Positions 1 to 11,649 of a DNA stretch of 64,000 nt are shown one piece after another. The position numbers were made by a program, and so were the translations under genes. How positions within the stretch are numbered: position 1 is the first letter of the stretch; each line of letters starts with the position of its first letter. The notes below the pieces were generated by a model, which saw nothing but the letters and a program-made list of their open reading frames with translations, was not told the DNA's origin and made no database searches. Source of the DNA: Eukaryota sp. TZLM1-RC (lineage: Eukaryota > Protista > Metamonada: BaSk clade); assembly GCA_040285825.1 (NCBI GenBank), contig JAUPSS010000008.1:992001-1056000 (forward strand), in the 5' to 3' direction.

Positions 1-36
1 ATTATTATTGGTAGGATTGATCAACACAATTTCTTT

Positions 37-1712
37 TTGGAAAGCCAATATTCGTTACTATTGAAGAAGAGTTCCCAAATTACGTCTTTACATGAACTTG
101 ATATGAATATTCAGGCAGAATTATTCTCTAATGAAGAAACTTTGCTTCACAGATCAAACGTTATTGGCAATTATCAACCATATTGTTTATTGAATCACAA
201 TTTCATTAAATTTGAATTACAAGTATTGAAAAATCGATTCAATGCATTCAATTTACCATTACCCACTGTTCCAAATGATCCAATGGTGGATGTACTCAAT
301 CAATTTTCACCAAGATGGAGAGAAGTTGTCATCAGGGAAAATGGCTTTTGTCTTTTAAATACACTGCTATTTGCCAAAAAATTTATTGAATTCCAATATG
401 GACATGGCTTAGGCAATACCCAGTAATACTTACCAATTTTTGAGAATATTTTGGTATTTCCAGTGGTGAGAAATATAGTATAATTTTCATTTTCTTGCAG
501 ACGCTGTTGAACAAAATTCTCAAGTATAACTAAAACCAGCAATTACAATTGTCCAATATATTTCCAGTAAAGAGAAAACCTTATCATATTTCTCCTGTTT
601 CAACCACTGTAGACCCTGGATATTTTCCTATTGATACAAGAACAATATGGACAATTATTAGACAAACATTAATGGACGATTTGTTGCCTGATCAGAGATT
701 AAAAATGGTCAATAATCAAGATCAAATCCATAGATTCAAACCACCTGAGCAATTTCACTTTTGGTCTAACAAAAGATTTATAAATTCAACAACATTATTC
801 ACACAGATTGATTTAATATTGCAGTAGAATTTGTTCGTCAGGATTCACAAAATTAGAAATGTAAGCCAGACAACAAGGCTAGTATTTCTAATTTATATAT
901 TGATGATGTTGATATTGAGACTTTTCAAGACAAATCAATTGTTGTTTGTGATCCTGGAAACATGATTTATTGTATTTTGAGAGTAAAAAAAACGGATCAA
1001 GAATTAGCCATGTTGCCTGAACATGAAACTGAACAGCAAAAAAATAGTCGGGTGATGAATCAAGAAAAGAAATACAAATGGTTGAGAATGGCTCAGATGT
1101 CCTGGTCTTTAAAAGTAGTATGAATGAAAAACAAAAACGATGGGTGACAATGTATACTGGGGTAGATTACAACAGGAACCAAATGATATAGTCTAACGAA
1201 ATGACAATTGAAGATGCAACCAATTCAGTTGCTGCCAATTCAAAATTGGAATTAATGAAAAACAAACAAAATGGGCGACCCAAAATACCGTGGCAGAGGA
1301 AGACAGTAACCAGACAATCGAAGATGCAAACACCGAATTATCCGCGTTTGCTGCCAATTCAGCAACTTTTATAGAGTTCTCAAACTTTGTGGTTGCCAAA
1401 CTTCGGCAAGTATTTTTGACAATAGACTGGTATATTCTTGACTTGTGGAGCATTCATAAAATGCAAGCTTTTATTCTCAAGCAAGAGACTAAAAGTTGGT
1501 TGTTAAAAAACCTTGTTCAAAAGTTTGGCAATCCAAAAGACACTTTTATACTAATGGGTGATTATGGTAAAAACGGTTCCAAGAATTTAAAACATCATCG
1601 ACCTACAAGAGGAATTGGATGGATTCAGTTTCTGAAGAGATATGGTTTTGAAGTATTGGTTATCAATGACGCATTGATTTCAGCAATATGTCCTGTTTGT
1701 TTTGAAAAAGTT
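37..1712 (+). mobile_element. Decayed Fanzor1 (TnpB-like RNA-guided endonuclease) gene, 3'-truncated, with frameshifts and stops
   Basis: Fanzor1 motifs occur in order across broken frames: N-terminal FIKFEL...LPLP; PGYFPIDTRT; RuvC-I IVVCDPG (about 938-958); KQETKSWLLKNLVQKFGNPKDTFILMGDYG; RPTRGIGW; RuvC-II-like INDALIS (canonical VDEFRTS); first Zn-finger pair CPVC. RuvC-III is absent. Confidence 0.8.
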
Positions 1713-1748
1713 GGAACTCCTTTGAGAATCAACAACGTTCTTTTAAGA

Positions 1749-2516
1749 ATGAAATTGGGACTTATATCTGCAGTAGAAGCTGAATTTCGTCCGATAGCTG
1801 ATGCTGTCCAATCTCCAGCTATTTCCACTATCGCTTCCAGGAATTTTATCTCTGGAATTCTCTGTAATCGATCTTTAGTGCTCTGTAAGTCAGGTATTGG
1901 TAAGGTAGCAGCTTCTATTACAACATGCATCCTTATACAGGAGTTTAAATGTGATCATATTTTATTCATCGGCACTGCTGGCTCTGTCAACTGTTCAGTT
2001 AGTGTCGGTGATGTAGTTGTTGGGTCTACATATGCTTATCATGATTTTAATTGCTTTCCGATATTCGACAAACATGTTGTACCATCAGTCGCCCCAGCAG
2101 TTTCTCCTGGTAATATACATTTTCATGCTTGTCCTGTTCTGTTGAAGAAAGCCATTACCGCTGCTCGCTTGACAGTCTCTAAGTCCACAATTACCTCTGC
2201 TCTTTGCAAGTTGGGAGTTTCCAACACACCCCAAGTACATACTGGTCTTATCCTATCAGGGGACAAGTTTATCGGAGACACTTCTACTATAACTTCTATT
2301 CTTGAATTTGAACCATTTTCCTCTGCTTTGGCTATAGAAATGGAAAGTAGTGGTGTTGCTCAATCTTGCTTTGACTTTGGTGTTGCCTTTGCCGCTGTTC
2401 GAATAATCTCTGATTCTGCTTGTTCACAGGCATCAGTAGATTGGACACTCTTTTGCCAGGATGTGGCTGGGATTTTTGGTCTGTCGTTTGTTGAACAATT
2501 CATAAATCTATTATAA
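1749..2516 (+). CDS. mtnN: 5'-methylthioadenosine/S-adenosylhomocysteine nucleosidase (PNP_UDP_1 fold)
   Basis: MKLGLISAVEAE start, SGIGKVAAS, FIGTAGS, SGDKFI, AIEMES and VRIISD motifs. The ATG at 1749 lies inside the longer GTG-started ORF 1290..2516. Confidence 0.9.
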   Translation: MKLGLISAVEAEFRPIADAVQSPAISTIASRNFISGILCNRSLVLCKSGIGKVAASITTCILIQEFKCDHILFIGTAGSVNCSVSVGDVVVGSTYAYHDFNCFPIFDKHVVPSVAPAVSPGNIHFHACPVLLKKAITAARLTVSKSTITSALCKLGVSNTPQVHTGLILSGDKFIGDTSTITSILEFEPFSSALAIEMESSGVAQSCFDFGVAFAAVRIISDSACSQASVDWTLFCQDVAGIFGLSFVEQFINLL

Positions 2517-3120
2517 TTTACAGCAGATATGGTAAACAAATATCATGGTGTATTAAGCAACCGTGACAATAGACACATAGTTATAAAGATTGTAGTTTTC
2601 TCTTTTCTTTTCTCTGATTGTCACAGTGAAGTTGAAGTGAATTTCAGTAATTGTGAGAACCAAATTTGAATAGTTGGTTTCAAACATTATAAAACCTCAT
2701 TTTATGCATTCTTAGATCAAAATATCTGTTTGTAAAAAGAAAATATAAGTGCATCTTTCAAATGAAAAAATGTTGAAGAAATGCACGTATTGTTTGAAAA
2801 AAAATTAGCACGTGTTTACTACCAATGATTTGCAATATTAGTATAGCATATTTCTTATTGTAATAACTTACTTTAAATAAAAACTATCTACACAACAGCC
2901 AATAATTTATGGTTGTGATTAATCAAAGTGAAAACAGTATTATGAAATAAATTTGAATAGTTTGATTAGAAACACTTTAATACAATCTTCAATGACATCA
3001 TAAAAGGTGAATCAAAGCGTGAGATGTAGGTAGGCTGAGAATAAGAAATGGCCAGATTCGTTGAAAACTAAACTCAAAACTGTGGTTATAAGTGATAATG
3101 AAGAAAGCTCCATAATGGTT

Positions 3121-3432
3121 CTATGAATTGGAAACAAGTTGTGTAGCTACATGTCTTAGATTCTCTTTTTTGGACTTGCGGAGTCTCCTACGTTCAGAAG
3201 CAAGTTCTTTGCGATCAGCTAATGCCTTTTCCTTCAACTGTTCGGCTTGGAGCTTTTCTGATTCAATAGTTGTAACATTTTTGGCTGCTTGAAGAGCGAT
3301 ATCCAATAACGCCGTGTCGGTTGCCATGCTGGAGCATTGCTTAGGTTTGTTCTTCTTGTTCTTATGAGACTTGCTTTGTTGTATTTTGATTGAGTTGTCT
3401 TTCTTGTGAGAAGAAGGTTTGGACTTTCCCAT
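3121..3432 (-). CDS. Small basic (K/R-rich) hypothetical protein
   Basis: ATG-started 103-aa ORF with a lysine-rich N-terminus and coiled-coil-like C-terminus; no family recognised. Confidence 0.55.
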   Translation of the reverse strand: MGKSKPSSHKKDNSIKIQQSKSHKNKKNKPKQCSSMATDTALLDIALQAAKNVTTIESEKLQAEQLKEKALADRKELASERRRLRKSKKENLRHVATQLVSNS

Positions 3433-3479
3433 TGTTGAGTCTAGATAAATTTAGTGTGAATTTCTATCAAAATGCACTT

Positions 3480-3620
3480 CTGGCTTTTGACCAATTCATG
3501 CAATTTTGAGATGTTAAGCTTACTTTAGTTCTATCACTATATGATATTACGATCAAATGATAGTTAAAGCAGCAGCATCACAATACGCGTACAGGTACGC
3601 AATACATGGAATGACACTTA
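3480..3620 (-). ncRNA. Candidate omega-RNA region downstream of Fanzor
   Basis: Lies immediately 3' of the Fanzor ORF. Contains the inverted repeat GCGTAC(3587-3592)/GTACGC(3595-3600), extendable with G-U pairs. Boundaries are uncertain. Confidence 0.35.
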
Positions 3621-4790
3621 TCTACGGGGTCTTCGGAACGCCTCAGGTCTTTCATAATCTTATATTGTAGTAGTGCTCACTTATGGCTATCTCCAGCTGG
3701 TTTCTGGAGGCTGAGATGTCCCTCGACCAGAGTGTCTGACATTGATGGCAAACAAACTTATCATTGTTCACCCTCCCATCATCGTGATACACCTTTTGAT
3801 TGAATACTTTACAGCAATTCGTTTTGGCAGATGTGTAGAATTCATCTCCATTAGGCTTCACATATGTAAAATGTTTCTGAATCTCCTTCAAAAAGCGCTT
3901 CCTTGGGGTTTTCACAGATTGTCTTGATGGCCATCACCTCCATTGCCAAACCAAATTATGCTTTCTCTTCCACTAGCTATTAGTTTAATTTTTTCAATAA
4001 ATCCCATTATTCTTTTTTGCCTCCTTATAAAGAAATTATACTTGTTGCGGTGCTGGACTCGGCAATCTCCATTTATCAGCAGTTGGTCTAGTATAGTTCT
4101 CGGACGGCAGTCGGGATTCCTGATTTCTTCACCCACATCAAAGGCGTTGCTATTTCATACAGATATACGCGGAAATTCTGTTTGAAATAGCAATCTGGTG
4201 ATGCATGGCTCAAGACAGGCGGTGGAATAATATTCTTTGCCTTTGGATTTAAAACAAGGCCCGAAAGTTGATGGTCTACATTATTATCATCCATTCTTGA
4301 TCCAATCGAATACCGACACAAATTTTTGTGGTTAGGATCAATTGCACAAAATGAATATTCAATTGGATCAACAGGAGGAGGCTTATAGGCGTCTTCAGTT
4401 CTTCGACGTTGCCGTGGACGGACCTGTTGTTGAACTCTGGAGTTGCGTTTCCGACTCTTGGCATATCGTGTTGGCTACTGGCTCTGGCGGTTTCAAATTC
4501 TCTGGCTGAGCGGCGATTCTTGGTTCTTCTAGGAGCTGTTGAGAATGTTACCCTGAGAAACAAACCATCTGATACAAGGGTATACGTGGCAAAAATTTTT
4601 GAAGAGCTTGAATGGGTTTCTGAGTAATTGTCGGTTTGGATTTAAACGCAAGAAGTGTTTTTCAAGTTGTTGACTGAAAGAAATAAAACCTGGTGAGTAG
4701 CTTGCGGATGGAGCGAGAACGTGTCTCTTCATTGTTTCACCGGCCATGTTCTCCAGGAAGTCTTGTTGTTGAACTCAAATTGAATTAGTA
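3618..4790 (-). mobile_element. Decayed Fanzor (TnpB-like) gene, second family, 5'-truncated
   Basis: Motifs across frames: VLAPSASYSPGFISFS; RuvC-I CAIDPNHKN (about 4321-4345); IIWFGNG; TPRKRFLKEI; RuvC-II GDEFYTS; Zn finger NCC...CHQC; RuvC-III LWSRDISASRN; C-terminal RPEAFRRPRR* ending at 3618. Confidence 0.88.
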
Positions 4791-4925
4791 GGTTTCGTTG
4801 TATTTCGACTGATGACGTGATGCTCATTTATGAATCAGTTTTATTAATAAACTCAGATTCCTCTCTCTCCTTCGTGTGTTCATCTGCCTAACGGCATCAA
4901 TAATTATTGGCCCTTCCTATTTCAG

Positions 4926-5480
4926 ATGACTGTTCTCTCTGTCAACCTCCCGTATCTTTCTTCTATGAAAGTTGAGAATGTTCTTCTGTTCCTACAAGAG
5001 TGAAAGATCTATTCTTCTGTGACTCCTAAGAAAGAGCTTGTTCCAGCAAGGCTCTTGGTCGATTCTTTTCTATTAGAGTCCCTATCTCTTCAGAAATCCG
5101 ACGTCTCTTCCAGTGACGATGTACTTCTTTGACATCTACAATCTGTCGTATTGTTCGCCACGTACGAAGATTTTAGTCTGGCTATGTCAGAACTGAAGCT
5201 TGATGTCCGTATTGGTGACGTCCGAGAACGTATGTCCTGTTACCTGCGGCGTTTCCTCCAGGTAAAGAGTAGGGCTTCCGGATTGAAGTTACCAGACACA
5301 GCTTTTCTGAATCGATTTGCTAGAGGAATTCTTCCCGTAGGTCTTCAACATTCTCTTCTAGCGAGAATTCTAGATGATGTATTGACAGATCTTCACTCTC
5401 TTGTGGAAACCATTACTGATGAGCTGTTGGACTGCTCTAGGGTTGCTTCATGGACCTGTGGTTTCAAAACCTCAGTTAAT
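4926..5480 (+). pseudogene. Gag-like retrotransposon remnant with two in-frame TGA stops
   Basis: The frame from ATG 4926 continues into ORF 5151..5498 (ERMSCYLRRFLQV...FLNRFARGILP, capsid-like). The upstream 4800-4915 segment, with AATAAA and ...CATCA then TGG, could be an LTR end and primer-binding site. Confidence 0.4.
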
Positions 5481-5489
5481 GATGTGGAA

Positions 5490-5600
5490 CGTACGTAAGA
5501 AATCAAAATACGAAGCCCTTTTTCAACATCTCACTGGAGCAAGAGGCAGAAACATCATATTTGTCCCAATTTCTATTTCAATTTTTGGTACCGTATCGTA
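5490..5600 (+). mobile_element. RLE non-LTR retrotransposon endonuclease fragment
   Basis: KKSKYE...RGRNIIFVPISISIFGT; DNA is clearly homologous to 46680-46780. Confidence 0.7.
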
Positions 5601-5974
5601 TTGATCTGTTAGGTGCAAAGTCAAAAATTAAGTTATCGACACGTGTACGAACGTAAATTATGAGATTGAGACCAAAACAGTAGTTTATTCTTGGTCTCTG
5701 ATGTTGACTTTAATTTGAGATTCAGTCAATTGATGTTAAAACAATGGCTCCAAATTCCTCTTAATGCCCTCAATGAATTCCTGAATTGTTTTCTTTGTGT
5801 CCCTAAAACATGATAAGATTTAAAATGGAAGTACAAAAATTACTCAAAATAATATAGAAATTTACTAAGAAATTGAGCAAATATGGTCGATTTTGGTTCT
5901 GCCCCAGTTTGGTGCTAATAATAGAAGTGATACAGTTTGTGTTCGGATTGATAACTCTGAAAACGTTGTTGACT

Positions 5975-6095
5975 CAACAGTACTACTCTTAAGTACTACT
6001 CAAGTAAATTACTCAGATCTTTGAGTAATACTCGTACTCACTTTTTCAGTAGCCTGGATATTACTTGAGTATTACTCGAGTAATTGCCATCTCTA
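5975..6095 (-). mobile_element. hAT-like DNA transposon terminus with subterminal repeats
   Basis: The minus strand begins TAGAGATGGCAA (hAT-type terminal inverted repeat), followed by repeated TACTC/GAGTA motifs. No partner end was found. Confidence 0.5.
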
Positions 6096-6309
6096 TTGTT
6101 GAGTTTGTTGTTACTTATTAATGTATTTATTGAATTTGCACACTTAATTAAACTAACTCATAACTAATGGGACGACTATCATTGAACCAAGATTTCCTCT
6201 ACAAAATCTTGATCTGCTTGCTGTCTAGCTAAAGCTTCTCTAATTCAATTGAAAAACCGCGGTAATCTTTTAATAATGGCAAATTGAATCCGTGAACGCC
6301 ATAAAAAAA

Positions 6310-9300
6310 GGGATAAATTCATTTTCCACATTTTTCTTTTAAATGGAGCAAAATCCACACACTTCCATCAAAAGACTTCACAATCCCAACAGAAACTCCA
6401 AAAACATCAATATCCACACAATCTTGTTTATTAGCTATTCTTTATCTTTGTTGGGACATCCTCTTGCGTTATGTCCTTCGACACCACATACTTTACATGT
6501 GTACTTGCGTCGTTGTTTGGGCACTGGTTCAACTGCATCAGTAAACTTCTCGCTACGGCTGTTGGATCCTCTTGGTTCATTACTTCTCCTCTTCCTAACG
6601 ACTCCTGGTCTTCCTGCTCGCGGTGTAGGAATTGGAGGTTGAGTTAGTATATCTGATTCGATCTTGTCTTCTAGCGTCTGCTTCACAACCGAATGAAGTT
6701 TTATGGTGTCCACTCAGAGTATTCTTCCACTGTAAGTTTTGAGAAATCTCTGTGTTGAATGAAGTTCAGAACACAAATCAACACCTCTACTTCCTTGTGC
6801 TGAAAGAAGTACGAGTAAATGCACACACGGAATCCCTTCTTTTTCCAAAGCTCCACATGAGCATTCGTTGGAATCCACATTGACAGTAAATACAGTGCCG
6901 TTCTCTCTCACTTCAAATTCAGCTTGGTCCAATTCCACAACTTTTAAATCTCGAGATTGTAACAGTCTCTGTTCCAGAATATCATTGGCTCTGCAGACAA
7001 TAGTTGATGATAAGTTTCGTGCTTCTTTTCTTCTCGTAATAAACCATCTGGACAACATTGACCTAATCGATTCAAACATACAATTGGAAGCTGATGAGCT
7101 TCTGCAATGCACGCATTTACACATTCAACTATGTTGCTGGTGACATGACCACATCTGTTCCCTGGAAACACCAAGATATTGAGTCTTAGCTATGATTTTG
7201 AACGGACATTCGGCAGTAGTACACCTCACCTCATACCGCGTTTTGTTATTGTTGGGAGCAACTGTGAATTCCTTGTTGTATTGAAGTGCAAGTTGATGTA
7301 AGAAGGTCTGTAAGTCCAATCTCGACTCAAACGTCTTGTGTTCTGTTGCCACCAATGTTGCATCGGTCCTAAGACGCTTAAGATCAATGTTCATAGGAAA
7401 TGTGGATTGTGTTGTGAATCTATGAAAGTGTGTGGATTTTGTTTTGCAAGTGTGGATTTTTTATTTTCTACGAAGAATCAAATAAAAACAAAATAAACTA
7501 AAACACATAAGAAACTAAATTCTCCACACCAACTCTTGATGAATACTTATAAAGTTTGGACATCATCAAACTCAAGTACTTGGGAACACTTCTGTACAAA
7601 GCGAAAACGATACGATTTTTCCATAAATTCTCTGCAAAATTCTTACCACTTGAACGACATAAATTACCAAAATCATTGATGAAATTCAAGGCAGATTGTC
7701 CAATGTTGCCAAAAATCGAAAAGGCAAAAGGAACAAACGAAAACTTCGAATAAAGGTTCTTATTGAAATCATTTAATATCTCAGTATATTTATCTCTCTT
7801 ACGATCTTCAGCCTTGTTTAAATGACCATTAGTACTAAGTACAACATCATCACGATAAACAAAAGCAAAGAGATCAACTGTAGTAAAATCAACAACAACT
7901 TGAGATGAATCCACAAAAGGAGCAATTAAATCACCTCGACGTGAATTAAACAGATTATCATCACTATAATGCTTCAACAAAGGTTCTACTTTGCAACTAA
8001 AATTGTAACACTTAAACATTTCATATGTCACATCACGAACGGCATTATGAAGAACTGACCATTATTGGAGAAATTTTTGACAGCTTACAATATGACGGAA
8101 ATTGGCAGTAGGTTTTTTGTTACAAATACAATATAAATTGTCCAAAAGACCACTTGGATACATCCCTAATCTCAACCGCATGTTTTGTTTCCAAGCTTCA
8201 TTTGTTAAGTGAAGACCAAATGGCCTTGGTTGCTGAAATATTAAACTAGTACAGTTCTTAATGTCTGATAAAAAGGCAGCAAAGACGGGATTATTAATCT
8301 TAGTCACACTAAGTCGTTTAGAAAAATCCAGGTCTTCAAAACCAATAAGAACAGACTTCTGTAATTTCACAACAGCAAGATGCAGGTTGGTGAAAGATCT
8401 CGAAGGCACAGCAGGCAAACTTGAAGGAAAACTCCTATTCCAAATATCAACAGGTAGTTCTTGCACCATTTTTTCAAGAGAAATTAATAAAGGATGTGAT
8501 TCATTTAAAGGAATATGATCAAAACGAAGGTTCCATTCAAAAAGAAAATATTTCATACCACCAATAAAAGCACTTTTGCATAAATACTCTGCTTTTGAAA
8601 AACCAACTCCACCAAATTTAGGACTAAAAAATGCATAATAAGGAATTTTAGATGGACAAACTTCTACAAAATTTCCTAAGAAATTTGTTCTCAAAGTATT
8701 GAATTGACGTGCAAAATCATGAGAAATTGTGGGAGATAAAGAACGAAGAAGATGATTAATTTTTGATCCAAAACACACATTTAGGACCGAAAACGCTAAA
8801 TGTTTGTCAATTTTTAAATCTTGAATAACCAAAAGTTGCTCTTCGATTTTTTCCAAAATACCTGACAAAATAGATTTAACTTTTTCACTATTTCCAAAAT
8901 AAGATCCAAGAAACCGAATAGCATCTTCCTCGTAATCAACATATTTGATAAAAATTTCATTAAATGCCACCTCCGCATTCTGATTACCAATAATGAAACA
9001 CTTGGGCAATTTAATATCTATCCCTATTTGTTTGGCCAGAAAAACAAAATGTTGTAAACCGTGTTGTAAAAGAGACAAAGGGCCGATAAGTGACAAATCA
9101 TCTGCATAAGCACATATATGAATGTCAGGAAAATCCGACTTAAATTTTACCAAAACTGATTGCAGTGCTAAACAAAAGAAAAATGGACCCAATGGATCCC
9201 CTTGTTTGACGCCTCTTGATGAAACAATATTTTCAGAATGAAAAATTAAGTAAGAGGGTGATCCATACATCAATTCAAAAGTGTGGATTTTGTTTTATCT

Positions 9301-9331
9301 TTGAAAAACGTGTGGATTTTGGAGTTTTCCC
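6310..9331 (-). mobile_element. Internally deleted Mutator/MULE DNA transposon
   Basis: Imperfect terminal inverted repeats GGGATAAATTC...CAAAATCCACAC (6310) and GGGAAAACTCC...CAAAATCCACAC (reverse complement, ending 9331). 8-bp target-site duplication TAAAAAAA at 6302-6309 and 9332-9339. The coding remnant 6435-7394 has a MuDR domain (YEVRCTTAECPF), TSNIVECVNA, SWIM (CSCG...IPCVH) and a Zn knuckle (CKVCGVEGHNARGC). The DDE core is deleted. Confidence 0.85.
7461..9278 (-). mobile_element. 5'-truncated RLE non-LTR retrotransposon (family B; RT + CCHC + restriction-like endonuclease)
   Basis: RT motifs GVKQGDPLGP, YADD and FLG; GGVG; CIC...H..SC...HNAVRD; RRGD; DFTTV; KRDKY; FVPFAFSIFG. One in-frame TAA at 8062-8064 separates the two ORFs. 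A ~13-bp target-site duplication AAGTGTGGATTTT lies at 7448-7460 and 9279-9291. The 3' end is A-rich. Confidence 0.9.
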
Positions 9332-10014
9332 TAAAAAAATATCAAATCTTTTCATTGATTTTTCTTGCACCATTTTTTGGAAGTCAATCAGAAAAAATTT
9401 CTGCTTCATCTGATAATCTTCCATTTAGCGAAAATGGGAAAGCAATAAAAACCAGCTGTGTATTTCTATCGGCATTAGCCTCTTCAATATCTTTATCATA
9501 TTTTCTATGTTTCTCTTTGCTTTAAAATCCAGAGCAGCCACAGTTTTCTTCTGTGAACCAAAGTATCATTTGCAACATTACATGAGACAAAGTCAACAAT
9601 AGCTTCAGAGTTATCAATCCAATCACAGTATACATCACCTCTTTCATCAGAACCAAAATCATTTAGAGAAAGTGTTTCCTTCAGCAGAGGCTCTTTGATA
9701 CACGATCTTCTTGCAGTTTGTGCCATATTGAAAACAGTGTCTCTAACAGCATCATGTAATGAAGAACGATAAGTTATCAATTGAGAGCAATTCAGAGCAT
9801 GGCGCAAAGTGAGTTGAGGTGAATTCGAACAAATACATTTTTCTTTTTATAATAATTGGTTAATGGGGATGTTCAAATATAATCTCATTTTTGTTACAAA
9901 TGCTTCATTAGTGGCAAACAATCCAAATCTTCGTGGTTCAATGGTTACAAAAAGTGAAGAATCTGACGACTTGTTGTTACTTGAATTCAAAACAAAAAAC
10001 CCTAGATAATAGGT

Positions 10015-10320
10015 AAATGTATTGATGAAGCTATCGCTGATACAAATAAACAAAACTGTCTTTATTGCTTTACCTTTATATAACGAAAGACTATCAGTAG
10101 AAGCATGATTTTTTTTATGATTTCCAAAAATTGGCTCAAAAAAACAATGAAAAAATTTGACATCTTTTTATGGCGCTCTCCAGTTCAACTAATTGATAGA
10201 TTACCACTAGTATACATTCGATTCAGGGCTTCTGTAGAGAGAAAACAACCAGATCAGTTTTTAACAGAGGAAATATGGGTTTATTCAATCAATTTATTCT
10301 CATTAGTTAGGTAAGCATGA
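10015..10320 (+). mobile_element. Degraded 3' fragment of family A RLE retrotransposon
   Basis: KKFDIFLWRS...DRLP...KQPDQ, homologous to 38430-38600; ends with CTCATTAGTT, a variant of the 3' UTR core. Confidence 0.7.
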
Positions 10321-10856
10321 AAGTTCAATAGTAATAGCTACCGTTGAAGTGGATCTTATGGACAGTTAAACTTATTTTTGTAATTTCCACTCATTTTGTG
10401 GGTCTTTTTGTATCAAACAAACAGTTAAATTTATTGTCTAAAATAACTATGCAGTGTTTTTTCTTGTTGCTCGTTCTGTATTTTGTTATATATGATCTTA
10501 AATGGACTTTTTAAACAACTAAAAATATGTTATGTCAATAAAACAAACAACCAGTATTTATTCTATTAACTAGAGAACAAGTGCATGAATAGTCACAACA
10601 AATGTGTGTGATTGAATTGTGTACTGTTGGTGTTATGTTTTACATCTCAACAACCCCAATTGACGAAATATTTTTTAAAACCACGTTTGTTGTTGAGGAG
10701 AACCATGATCCACAAAAAATCCTTTAGATAGCCACCATTAGCAGTAGCCACCTGATAGCTGTCTAGGGGCGAAAAGAGGGTTAGGGTGTATGTTCTTTAC
10801 AATTCTGTGACACCAATAGAAAATAGAATACAATCAATACGGCATTTTTCTTTCCC

Positions 10857-11649
10857 ATGAATCACCTTTCTCCTGGCGAACGAGTCGCTGCGCTTGTACC
10901 CTATTTCAAAAATGAGACAGCTTGGCTAGTCTGTACAGTGGTAGCCTATGACCAGCACAGTGGCACCTGTACTGTTCGGGATGAAATCCCCGAGTCCCGC
11001 AAGCTTTCACAGTGGACGGTTCCTGCTTCTCGCTGTGTGAAATTTCCTCCCTCCCAAGAGGAATTAGTGAGTCGTAGCTTTACACCAGGGGAGAAGGTCC
11101 TCAGCTTGTGGTACATTAATGAGATAAGGGACTGGTCTAGCCTTTTTTATAATGCCACTGTTCACACTGTACAAGGAAATGGACAGACATTACAATTGGC
11201 TTTTGAAGGTGACAGTATGTTTACATTTACTTAATCTCAACTTAGACTGTGTTACTCCAGTTCCCTTAGATAAGGTTCTTCAGTTTCCTAAAACTGAAAC
11301 CCTGCAACAGCAGGAACAACATGAAAATCAGACTACTGTCACCGCAGAGCACCAAAAACCTGTGGAAACTGAGTCGCCTGCCACTGAAAGTAGTACATCT
11401 GCCCAGCATACAGCTCCTTCTACCGAACCACCAATGAAGATGTCGCGAACTGAGGAAGCATCCTCTGAATCAGCACCTTTGCAAAAGTCAGAGGAACCTG
11501 CAGTTGAACAAAAAATAGAAACTACTGACTTGAAGGATAATCAAGAAACCCCCACTAGTTCTGAGGGTAAGTCTGCTCCAATTTCAGAAGAAAAGGAAGT
11601 TCCTACTGAACAAAGAGAGTCTGAGGAACAGACTGTTTCATCAGCCTAG
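10857..11649 (+). CDS. SGF29: SGF29-like tandem Tudor protein (2 exons; intron 11215-11245) with an acidic low-complexity tail
   Basis: WLVCTVVAYD...VRDE and FTPGEKVLSLWY...LFYNATV motifs. A 31-nt GT-AG intron joins the two ORFs in frame (FEGDN-CVTPVP). Confidence 0.7.

Larger units (their letters stand above)
6117..9970 (-). mobile_element. 5'-truncated RLE non-LTR retrotransposon (family A), split by a MULE into 6117-6309 and 9332-9970
   Basis: 12-bp target-site duplication TTGTTGTTACTT at 6105-6116 and 9971-9982. Encodes C..C..H..C...LHDAVRD, RGD and FIAFPFS motifs. Closely matches the copy at 37797-38600. The 3' UTR is at 6117-6185. Confidence 0.85.

Noticed and set aside
8062-8064. In-frame stops in TE ORFs (TAA at 8062, TGA at 6714, TGAs in the gag-like frame) as evidence of stop-codon reassignment
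   Set aside because: Host genes end in TAA, TAG and TGA and have no internal stops. The TE stops replace different residues, consistent with decay.
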